Source: the human T2T-CHM13v2.0 reference genome, Homo sapiens. From it: DNA of 64,000 bases. Of this stretch, positions 52,401-64,000 are shown piece after piece. The notes under the pieces were generated by a model. The model saw only the letters and a program-made list of their open reading frames with translations, was not told where the DNA came from and did not search any database. The position numbers were made by a program, and so were the translations under genes. The stretch lies in NCBI RefSeq assembly GCF_009914755.1, contig NC_060932.1; one strand, given 5' to 3'. The first letter of the stretch is position 1; each line of letters begins with the position of its first letter.

Positions 52401-53809
52401 AAGATATAATATATTTAATAAAGTGCTACATTTTAAAATCACCATCTTGATATGATATATTTTTGAAGTTATGATTGTCAATAAAAGATCATCACCCAAA
52501 AGAAATAAATTATTAATAAGTGAAGAGATTTTATTTCATCAAAGTTAAAAAGAAAAGGTGAGCCAGGGTGTGAAATATGGGTCTGAAAATGTGGTTAAAT
52601 GTGGAGGCTGTTACAACGTTTCTTTCCTTTTCTAAGGAAAATAATCTAAGCAGTGGTGAAAATGGTTCAGAATAGACTTAGAACTTACCATATGTGATAA
52701 TAGGGAAATACTTTCAACAAAACATGCATTAGTTTAACAATTCATATACATATTCCCAGGGCAAATACATCATAACCAGAGCTTATTTAACAAGAAATAT
52801 GGTTTCTTTGGGGAATATTATTGCATGAGCCACCATATGTATTACAACATTAAACATTCCAAATAGTGCTTAATTCATTGGTTGTGAGAAAGCGTCAGAA
52901 ATACTGAAGAAAATCGTGTGGGTTTACATAGGAATTGGGAGAACTTTGTTTTATCTTTTTGCTGTTGTTGTTGTTGATCTATATAAGACTAATGTCATAA
53001 TACAAAAAACCTTTTATACTTTCTTCCTCTGATAGCAAAAATTCATAAATTCTTACTTCATTACTCAGAAAGCTTAATAAATTTCCCATCTGTTTTCCAA
53101 AGCCTAATTAAACTTCTCAGAACTTCCCTAGTGGAACAGGGGAGTGGTTCCCAATTGAAGCCTTGAGCGGTATTATAGTTTTTTTTGACAAGTTACAAAA
53201 GCTTATTTTATTGCCACTGATAACTTAAAAGTTGTTTCTATATATAATATTCATTTAGACACTAATACAGCTAGGCTTACTGATATATTCTCATAGTCAT
53301 TTATAACTAAACATTCTGAGTCACAATACTTTTCTTTACTGCCTCTAATATTATATGTTTATGTATATGTATTTTTTCTTAAATTATAATTGGACTTAAC
53401 ATGGAGAGAAAATCCCCTGATTTCAAAACGTGCTGTATTCTACACACATTGGTGTAGCTTTATTCATTGAATTTCATGATAATTCCCCTTATGGAAATAA
53501 TGTTAAAATATTTCCTAAACTAGTGTACACAGCATATTCGTCTAAACTACTGAGTTTGAGATCTGAAAGTCATGCTAGTGCATTTTGTACAGTACATAAG
53601 AGAAGGGAAAGAAATTTGCTTCTCTATTTAGTGGAACAGTGCAGAACTTGGGAAGATTTTTAAATGGAGCTGATCATCGGAGGCTCCTTTTCCCCAAACA
53701 TCTCCTTGCCCCAAGTCCCCACCATCTCAGGTACTACAGCATCATAAGAGAAATTTTCAAATATATTAAGTATTAGTGAAATTCAAGTCAGAAATTGAGG
53801 ATTGACTCC

Positions 53810-53900
53810 CATTAATACTACTTTCTGGCTAGTCTCTATAAATCTTCATTTTCTCATTGTAAATTGTGCCTTAAAGCACCTACCTTAAAGGGTCGCTCTA
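53810..53900 (+). mobile_element. MIR fragment
   Basis: aatcttcattttctcattgtaaattg...agcacctaccttaaagggt. Confidence 0.55.
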
Positions 53901-54710
53901 GAGAAAAAAAAATGTTTCTGATTTGAACATAAGGATTGAATACATAACAAAATTAATGGAACACTTTGGATGCTCAGTTTTTCAAAGCTCCTGACTGAAG
54001 AATTCATGATGTGTTGATGTTTGGATTTCAGAAGAAGATGGCTGGTAATCTAAATGAATCCCTGTTTGGCACTTGAGTCTTATAAATAAGGTCTTTTAAT
54101 ATTCACAAGGCTGGGTAGGTATTTGGGATCAAGGCTCTCTTTCTGTCTTGTAAATAAAGGATCAGCTTTCAGTCTATCTGGCTTTTCACAATTTGTGACT
54201 CTATCTGGTATCTGAAACCAAAGGTTTTCTAAAATTCCAAGATCCCTTTCCCTCTCATTTCCAGCTGTACAAAGCACTGGCTGTTTAGACTACAGAGAAG
54301 ACAAAATGAGGATGAGGCAGAGCATCTGCTTAATAGCACAGGTCCTGCATAAATTCATGTTTGGAGTGCTTCGTTCTGTAAAATAGACTTAAGTAGATAG
54401 AAATAAGTTAGGACAAAAATTGAACTCACATTTGTGCAGGTGTGTGTTTGTGTATAACTTCCATAATAGCTTATTTTATGTGAAATTTTATTTCAAACTA
54501 ATGATTGAATTGAGAACAGGAATGTGTGGTGAAGAAGATATCTGGACAAGATAGTGCCTCTCTCTCCCTTAGAAGAGATTTTAAACTCCTGGGAATCACT
54601 GAGGATTCTGAATTATTTTTATTTTTCATTGATATATTTTTTCTCCTTGCATATAATTTATTTTCAAATCTCCTATTCTCCATCAGAATAGTGAATTTCT
54701 CTACCCGTTT

Positions 54711-54739
54711 GTGTTAAGAGTACTCTGTACTCTTAACAC
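54711..54739. repeat. Perfect 13-bp inverted repeat with 3-nt loop
   Basis: gtgttaagagtac-tct-gtactcttaacac. Confidence 0.95.
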
Positions 54740-55774
54740 TCTGTACATTTTCTCTCTCGGTAGACTATAAAATTTGCATTAACATCTTATAGATAAAACA
54801 AATATATTAACTGCCTCCAAAATAGTAGCTGTCAAAGGGAACATGCCTATAGTATGCAGCATTTTGTTTTATCCTTTTTGACAAAAGTAATCATCTACGA
54901 AGAGAAGAATTGTAAATAAATTTTTAGTAAGTGACCCAAGTAAGAACATTTTGAAAATCAGAATTTTAAAGTTGAAGACCTTCTGGAAGCAATTTCCCAG
55001 GAAGTAAAGTAACAAAACACAGAGTGTAGTAACCAAGTACTGTATTATGTTCTCATAGTAAGGTAATTGTAACAAAAAAACACCATCATCATCAAAGCAT
55101 TTAAGGGTAGAAATAATAAACTGCATTTCAACTGGAAAAACAGAATTATCCTGAAGCTATACATATGTCTATTTATAATTATTTGCACAATAAAGTAAGA
55201 CTAACTGTATAAATTTAGGTCTCCTCATGCCCCAAGTAAGTTTCTTAACTGCATTCATCATGCCACCTTAACATTTATGGCCATAGGTATCAAGATATTG
55301 GCTGACATATTAATATTCACCAAATAATTTAATATGAGAAGAACAGTGTAAACCTGATATTGAGATACAAATCTCTTATTTTATTTACATTAATTTAAAA
55401 GAGATAAAGCAAAATTTTATTAAACATTGTTCTATTACATCAAAATCCTAAAAGAACCTAAAAGATTTTGAAGCAAGCAGTTTAGCAGAGATAGGCAATG
55501 TAATAAGTTTCTATTTTTATTTGCCAAACTCAGTAATGAGGATCAGGAGATTAAGATACATAATAAACCAATAATCCAAATCACAAAGAGTACAGGTTAT
55601 AGTCCTTAGAAACCCATAAAATAGATGAAGAGAGTAAAGGATCAAAACAATAGGTTGGATTCTGATCTATGCCTATAAACGCTGGAATGCAAATTAATTG
55701 ATACTTATGGACCATAAACATTTTGCAAATTACTGTGCCTTAGGCATTTTAAGAAATCAAAAGTGAATGTGGGC

Positions 55775-58700
55775 TGGATTTTCAGAATGGCATAGTAATG
55801 ACTTTTGAAATTCCACTCTTCTGGAAAGGCAATGAGAAAATATTCATAATTATCAGAATCAATGTTATTCAGAATTGTGGAAATAAATTAAATGTTTGGA
55901 ATAACCATACAGCATTTATTAAAAACAAAACAAGCTTCAAGTTTTGGTAAGAATGGAGAGCTTTGCAACATTGTAGCTTATTATATTCCTACTACCCTGT
56001 CCAGACCACCACTGTGACCTCGAAAATATGCATCCTAGAAAACATGGTAGCTAGCTATAAGACCCAGCACCTCAGAACCCACTGAAGGGTGTGGGCTGGG
56101 CTTGCAGATTCTAAAAAAGCATAATCTCAAGAAGATCATAATCATCTGACCTATCTGGAAGCTTCCTAGAGAAGTCAATTTGCAGGCTGCTATGGTTTTA
56201 ATATGGCTTCTCCCCTCTGAAACTCATGTTAAAATTTGATTCTCAATGTGACAGTGTGATGAGGTGGGGCCTATTGGGAGGTGTCTGGGTCATAGTGGTG
56301 AATAATGCCCTCTTGTGGGAGTGGGTGAGTTCTCATTCTAGGAGGAAAAAATGGATTAATTTCCATGAGAATTGGTTGTTAAAACAAGTCTGGCTTCACA
56401 GGTTTGTCTCTCTTACTTCCTCTCTCACCATGTGGTCTCTTTGCATATTCCCACTTCACTTCCACTTTCTGCCATGAGGTCAAGCAACCTAAGGCAGTCA
56501 CCAGATGTGGCTGCCCAACCTTGAACTTTCCAGCCACCATAATCAGAGCCAAATAAACTGCTTTTTTAAAAGATAAATTATCCAGTCTCAAGTATGCTGT
56601 TATAGCAACACAAATGGACTAAGAAAATTGGCATGCAGAGTGGGGTGTTGCTCTACAGATATCTGAAAATGGGGAAGTGGCACTGGAAGTGGGTAATGAC
56701 TGGTGGCTGGAAAAATTTGGAGGAGACTAGAAAAAGCCTGTATTGCTATGAATGGGATCCTTAGGGTGATTCTGGTGAGGACTCAGAAGAAGACAAAAAG
56801 ATGAGGGAAAGTTTGGAACTTCTTAGAGATTCATTATGTGGTCAGGACCAAAATGCCATTAGAAATAAAAACAGTGGAAGATATGCCTATTACACCCTTG
56901 CAAAGAACCTGACTGCATTATGTCGATGCCCTAGTATTTTGTGGAAGGTCAAACTTAAGAGTGATTAATATTTGACAGAAGAAAACTTCAGGTAGTAAAG
57001 CATTCAGGCAACTGCATGGTTGCATTTAACTGCATGCAGTAAGATTTAAGAGCAAAGACATGACCTAAAAGCACAATTTATAATTAAGAGGAAAGCAGAA
57101 CGTAAAGATTTTAAAAATTTGCAGACCAATTATATAAAAAGAAAAGGCATGTTTGGAAAGGGTGCTGAGGGTTGGGTCCAGTGAGTAGTTGCTAAAGAGA
57201 TTAGCATGGCTGAAAGGAAACCCAGTGCTAATAATCAAAATAATGGGGAAAATCCCTAAAGGCATTTCAAAGATCTTTGAGGCCAGTCTCATCACAGGCT
57301 GAGAGGCCTAGGAGTACAGAATGGTTTTGGGGGACAGGCCTAGGCTGTTGAAGTCCTGTGCTGCCTCAGGATGCTGCTCTCCACATCAAGAGCAGCCATG
57401 GCTCAAGTGGCCCCAAGTAAGGCTCAAGACTCTGCTTTGAAAGGCACAAGCAGTAAGCCTTGGCATCCACATGGTGTTGATTCTGCAGGCCTGCAAAATG
57501 TGAGAGCTATGGAAACAAGCCTTTATTGACTGAGATTTCAAAGGGTATATAGAAAAACCTGCAGGCCCAGGCAGAGACTTGTCACAGGACAAAGCCACCA
57601 CAGAGAACCTCTCATAGGGCAATGCTGAGTGGAAATGTGGAGTTAGAGCTCTACCAAGTCCTCACCAGCACAATGCCTAGGTGAGCTACTGGGGCCACCA
57701 TTGAGACCTCTGAATTATAGAGCCACCAACACCATGTAATGCCCACCTAGGAAAACTACAGGAACCAAACTTCAATCTATGAGGGCAGACACATGTGTGA
57801 CACTCAACAAAGCCACGGGAGTTGAACTGCCCAAGACCTTAGAACACACCCTTCACAACAATGTACACAGGGTGTGAGATATGAAGTAAAATAAAATTAT
57901 CCTGGAGCCTTAAGATTTACTGTCTGCCCTGCTGTGTTTTGGACTTATGTAGGGCCTGTCATTTATTTCTTTTTGTCTAGTTTTCCCTTTTAGAATAGGA
58001 ACATTGAATAAATGTCTGTTATACTATTTTATCTTGGAAATAAATAACTTGCTCTTGATTTCACAGATTCATAACTACAAGGAACTTGCCCTGAGTCTCA
58101 AAAGAGAATTTGGACTTTGGGCTTTCAAGGTGATGCTGGAAAAGTTAAGACCTTTGGGACCAAATGGAGGGAATGATTGTATTTAGCATTGTAAGAAGAA
58201 CATGAGTTTTATGGGGGCAGAGGTGAAATGCTTCACTTTGAATATGGTTTGTTCCTCTGAAACTCATGTCAAAATTTGATTCCCAATATGGCAGTGTTGG
58301 AATGTGAGGCCTAGAGGGAACTGTTCAGGTCATGGGGGTAGATTCCCCCATAAATAAATTAATTCCCTGCTGCAAAGGTGGGTGAGATCTTACTCTTGTG
58401 GAAATGCATTATTTCCCACAGGAGTGGTTTGTTAAAAAGAGTCTGGCTTCCTCAGTTTCTCTGTCTTGCTTCCTTTCTCACCATGTGATCTCTTTGGACA
58501 TGCCCACTCCACTTTCCCTTTCTGCCATGAGGTGAAACAGCCTGAAACCTTCACCAGATGCAGCTTTCCCACCTTGGACCTTTCAGTCACCAGAGTAATG
58601 AACCAAATAAACCTCTTTTTTCTGTAAGTTACCCAGCCTCAGATATTCTATTATAGCAACACAAACGGACTAAGACACAGGCCTTGTCATTACTTGACCT

Positions 58701-60800
58701 CACTCAGACCTTTCTCATTGGAAAAATTGCTAACCTAAGTATTTAACAATCAACAGTTTAAGATCACACCTACTTGAATTGGCAATACCAGTTGTGGCAA
58801 GAAAGATGCTGGTGAAAAACTTAAGATCTGAGGAATGAGGTTCCAATGAGGGTCTTTTAGAAGCTCCAATACATTCCTGAGAACCTAGAAGGGCACATGA
58901 ATGTGCCGAGCTATGCACATGATGAGAAAAGATGCCCTAAACTCTCAGTTCTGGCTAGCCTTAAAGATCTGTGCAAGAAGAAAGTAAAGACTTAGAAAGA
59001 GTTGTAAATTTCCAGAGGATTAAAGAAGTGCCACAAAACACACACAGAGCCCCATGGAAAAGTTGTAAGACTTTGCTTCTAGTAATTTACAGAAATATTG
59101 GTCAAAACAATAGATGACCAAGAAGCTAAATAGACAGAAATAGTCTGTTTCCTATCAGTGAAACAGATAGGAAAACATCAACAACAAACTGCAACAGCAT
59201 CAGACTCTTGGGAAGAATGAGAATCTGATGTCCAAGAATATTCTTTGAAATGCCAGTTTTAAACAAAAATTATGGGACATTGAAAACATTCTCAAAATTG
59301 TGGCCTTTCTGTAAGAAAATAGACTCAATAGAAGCTTTCTTTGAGGAAAACCAGCTGGTGCACTTACTAGTAAAATAATTTCAATTGTGTATTACAAATA
59401 TATTAACTGGTCTAAATGAAGCTATGCCCAAAGAATTAACCTGTTTGACCAAATAGAGAATGTTAATGAAAGGATAGAAGTAATGAAAAGAATCAAATAA
59501 AATTTTCAGTTGAAAAGTACAATTACTGAAATTTTAAAAATTCTGAGATGAACTGAACAAAACATTTGAGTTTATGAAGAAAGATTAAGAGAATATGAAG
59601 AGTTCACAATATCTCAATGTCAATAGGGCAACTGAGATTATCCAGTCTAAGGAATAACAAAAATATAAATGAAGAAAAATAGCAGAGTCTCAGAAGTCTC
59701 TATGACAGCATAAGTTATACTGTCATATATATAAAGGGAATACCAAGAAAACAAGAAGGGACATGGATAGAAACAATATTTTAAGAAATAACAGCTGAAA
59801 ACTTCTCAAATTTAATATTAATATACATATTTGAAGAGCTCAGTGAACTCCATGTAGAATAAAAACAAAAGACATAAAATTATCATGATTCACCAGCAAA
59901 AGGCCAGAGAATCTTGAAAACAGCAAAATAAAAATGACTCACAACATGCAAAGAGTCGTTAATAAGAATAACAGCTCATTTTTTATAGTAAACTGTGGAA
60001 GTTAGAAGGTAATAGAACGGCACATTTAAGTGATGAAACAAAAAGGCTGTCATATAAGAGGTTCTTATTTAGTGAAACTCTCCTTCCAAAGTGGAGGAGA
60101 ATTAAGTCATTATTACATATAAAAAAAAGAACATTTGCCACTAGTAAATATACACTACAGAAAATAATTTTTAGATAATAACTTGAATACACACTTAGAA
60201 ATAATAAAAACACCATTAAAGGTAAATACATAATTCAATATAAGTGACAGTATAAATGCATTTTTATTGGTGTTTTACTTCTAATTGATTTAAAAGAAAA
60301 ATTGATAAAATGATAATTATATCACTGTGTCTTTGGGCTTGTAATATATAAAGATGTAAAGTGTATGACAATAATAACCCAAAGAAGTGGGGGGAACAGA
60401 GTTATATAGAAACAAATTTTTGAGCACTATTGACGTTGTCATTGTTCTGAACTAGAATGTTTTAAAATATTATTATATCCCTCCAAATAACTAATAAAAT
60501 AACTAATGATAAAAATGGGAGAATTAAAATTATATGAATGTAGTATATACTTATATATAATTTATATAAAAGTGTATACATATATATACATGTACATATA
60601 TAGTGTTATAACCCCCAAAATAAAAACAGTAATGGAAAAATAAAGGAACAAAGATAAAAACTTATGATATAAAGTGAACATAAATTTTACCTTATGTATA
60701 ATTGCATTAAAAGCAAATATATTAAATATTTCGACCAAAGGCAGAGATTAACATAATGCATTTCCTTAAATGATTTAGCTATATGATGTTCTCATGAGAA
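55775..60800 (+). mobile_element. Old L1M 5' UTR/ORF1 relic, split by the MST provirus
   Basis: ORF1-like tatccagtctaaggaataac, aataacagctgaaaacttctcaaattt, agagaatcttgaaaacagcaa. Confidence 0.7.
56188..58677 (+). mobile_element. Complete MST (ERVL-MaLR) element: LTR 56188-~56624, internal region, LTR 58229-58677
   Basis: Two homologous LTRs ending tatagcaacacaaa(t/c)ggactaaga; MaLR-int start aaaattggca..agagtggggtgttgct; polypurine tract; perfect 5-bp TSD caggc at 56183 and 58678. Confidence 0.95.
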
Positions 60801-60899
60801 CTTGTTTAAATTTTTAAATTGAAAGGTACTCTAGTGTATATATGACTACAATCAAGAGATTGACAGTGAAACAGTCAAAGCAGAACACCTGCATCCTGA

Positions 60900-63235
60900 T
60901 CCTGTTCTATTTTTATTGTTATTCAGTTCAATGTATTTTTTTATTTCTTTTGAGACTCTCTTGTATATAAAGGATTATTTATAATTCTGTGCCTTCATTT
61001 TCAAGTGTCAGAAATTATTTTTGTTTTCTTTCTGTTTCTTTCTTCTCTGGTCAGAAAACACACCTTCTATGACTTTAATTATTTTAAATTTATTGAGATT
61101 TGTTTTATGCCCCCAGTATGGTCAAGTTTCTACAGAAACTTGCAAATAATGTATATTCTATTTGTATTGTCCAAAAGTTCTAAAAATGTTAGTTTGATCT
61201 TGTCAGTTGATGGTGTTTTCTAATTCTTCTACATTCCTGTTGATGTTCTGTTTAACTCTTTTACCAATTGTTAAGAGAGATGTTGAAGTCTTCAATGTAA
61301 TTGTGTATTTATCCATTTCACCTTTCAATTCTATCAGTTTCTGCATTACATACTTTGCATCTAAGTTATTTGATGCATACATATTTAGAGTTGATATGTT
61401 TTTCTTGTAGATTTATGCTTGTATTATTAATTAATCTGTCTCATTTCATCCAATAATTTTCTTTACTTTGAAGTTTAGCTCATCTAATGCTAATATAGCC
61501 ACTAGTCACTTTTCTTCATCCAAAAAAATCATTCTTTTACTTTAAATATAACTATATCATTATATTTAAAGTGAGCTTGTAGATAGCATATATTTGGGTC
61601 ATGTTTTTTAATCTATTCTGCCAATCTCTGTGTATTGATTGGTGTATTTAGACAACTTACTTTTATTTTAATTATTGATGTGTTGACATATTTATAATTA
61701 TATATTTGAATTTTGTTCTCTCTCTTTTCCATTTTTCTGTTTTAATTTTTCTGCCTTCTTGTAACTTTTTTGAATATATGCTTTTAGAAATCAATTTTAT
61801 CCATAGCATTTTTGAGCATACTTCAACATATACTGTTCTTAGTGTCTACTCTCAGCATTAAATTTTGTATATATCTTCACATTCTAGTGAAATCAACATC
61901 TTATCAGTTAGGTGTAGAAACCTTAACATATTTTAAGTCTCTTTACCTATTTTATTATATTTTACATTTTATAATATATAATATATTATAGCTTATAATA
62001 TTTATATGTTATATTTAAGCATATATTAACATATACTTATGTACTATAAATATTGTTTATATTTATAATATATAGATATATTATGTCTTATATTTCATAT
62101 TTTATACTATTCTTTATATAATATTTTAAAATATTTCATTTACATATAGTAAGAACCAAACCAGACAATATTACAATTTTTGTTTCAATACCCAAGTATA
62201 AGTTAGAAAACTCAAAAGCAGAAATAAAATATTTAAGGATCACTTTTCTTACCATATTCTTTCTTTCTTCCTAAGTTCCAAGATAGCTTCTATAATTATT
62301 TTCTCTTTTTGTCCTTTTTAAGCCATGCTTTTAGGATAGGTCTTCTTATTATAACTTTACTTTGTTTTTCTTTAGCTGAGAATGTCTTGATTTTCCCTTA
62401 ATTTCTGAAGCACTATTTTGCTGGATATAGGATTCAGGATTGACAGTTCTTTTCTTTCAGCAGTTGAAAAATCTTGTGCCACTTCCTTCTGGCTGTATGA
62501 TTTCTGATGAGAAATTCTCTGTCATTTGACTTGTGTTCTCCTATAGGTAAGGTTTTATTTCTCTCTTGCTGCTCTCAAGACTTTTTGCTGTCAAGTTTTC
62601 AGAAGCTGACTATGATGTGTCTTGGCAAGGATTTCTTTGAGTTTATCCTCTTTGTATTTCACTTAGTCTCTTAAATCTATAGGATGTATTCTTTCACCAA
62701 TTTCAATGAATTTTCGCTATTACGTCTTTCAATATTTTTCAGTTCCCTAATTTTTGTCCTCATTTTTTGGACTCTGAAGACATGAATAGCATATATATAT
62801 ATATATAATAATATAATATATATAATATATATATTTGTTTTAGTCTCACAGTTCACTGAATAGTCTTTCCTTTTTTCAATCTTTCTTACAACTTTTATTC
62901 TAACTGGTTAATTCTCACAATTCTTTTATCCAGTTCACTGACTCTTCTGTTCTCTTCTTTCTGCTGTTGAGCCATCTATTCAGTTTTTTATTTCTGTTAT
63001 TATATTTATCAGTTCTAAAATTATTATTGTATTCTTTTTTATGTCTTTTATTTCTTCCTAGGGTTTCTGTTTCTTTTCTGAGACTTTCTACACTTTCATT
63101 TGTTCTAAGCATGGTGATAATTGCTTATTGGAACAATTTTGTTGTGACTACTTTAAAATATTTGTCAACTGATTCTAAAATCTATGTCATCTCACTGTTG
63201 GCATCTTTTGAATTTTTTTTCCATTCAGTGTGAGT
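60900..63235 (-). mobile_element. Old L1M ORF1/ORF2-5' relic
   Basis: ttttgctggatataggattc, tctcttgctgctctcaaga, tatgatgtgtcttggc (ORF1 reverse strand). Confidence 0.75.
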
Positions 63236-64000
63236 TTTCTTTTTTTCTCTCTCTCTCTTTTTTTTAATTTTTTAAATTTTATTATTATTATACTTTAAGT
63301 TGTAGGGTACATGTGCACAATGTGCAGGTTAGTTACATATGTATACATGTGCCATGCTGCTGTGCTGCACCCATTAACTCATCATTTAGCATTAGGTATA
63401 TCTCCTAAAGCTATCCCTCCCCTGTCCCCCCACCCGACAACAGTCCCCAGAGTGTGATGTTCCCCTTCCTGTGTCCATGTGATCTCATTGTTCAATTCCC
63501 ACCTATGAGTGAGAATATGCGGTGTTTGGTTTTTTGTTCTTGCGATAGTTTACTGAGAATGATGATTTCCAATTTCATCCATGTCCCTACAAAGGACATG
63601 AACTCATCATTTTTTATGGCCGCATAGTATTCCATGGTGTATATGTGCCACATTTTCTTAATCGAGTCTATCATTGATGGACATTTGGGTTGCTTCCAAG
63701 TGTTTGCTATTGTGAATAGTGCCGCAATAAACATACGTGTGCATGTATTTTTATAGCAGCATGATTTATAGTCCTTTGGGTATATACCCAGTAACAGGAT
63801 GGCTGGGTCAAATGGTATTTCCAGTTCTAGATCCCTGAGGAATCGCCACACTGACTTCCACAATGGTTGAACTAGTTTACAGTCCCACTGACAGTGTAAA
63901 AGTGTTCCTATTCCTCCACATCCTCTCCAGGACCTGTTGTTTCCTGACTTTTTAATGATTGCCATTCTAACTGGTGTGAGATGGTATCTCATTGTGGTTT
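63236..64000 (-). mobile_element. Young L1 (L1PA3-like) 3' end, runs off the right edge
   Basis: Open ORF2 C-terminus (166 aa, ends HRIFSLIGGN); 3' UTR reads gctaaatgatgagttaatggg, i.e. not L1HS-Ta. Confidence 0.93.

Overview
AT-rich primate (most likely human) genomic DNA, not microbial. The window is almost entirely intron. It holds one clear protein-coding exon (37577-37687, + strand, 111 nt, phase 0/0) whose translation AVLWRYKFSQLKGSSDDGKSKIKFLFQNPDTKQIEAK I recognise as the C-terminal (PH2/SU) region of gamma-1-syntrophin (SNTG1). I did not see the neighbouring SNTG1 exons. Most of the rest is interspersed repeats: L1s of many ages (including a twin-primed, 5'-inverted L1PA7-like copy), five Alus, MIR/L2 relics, a full-length Tigger1, a two-LTR MST (MaLR) element and a deleted LTR16/ERVL provirus. 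There are two retrocopies: a full-length processed cytochrome c pseudogene with pre-hominoid residues, and a 39-nt tailless U2 snRNA pseudogene. Local rearrangements include a 75-bp triplication, an inverted duplication carrying complementary (TG)n/(CA)n tracts, and perfect hairpins. I found no evidence of a novel multi-gene system. Nearly all ORFs in the supplied track are repeat-derived or chance. Subfamily calls come from remembered consensus features and need RepeatMasker/Dfam confirmation. Boundaries of old repeats are approximate.
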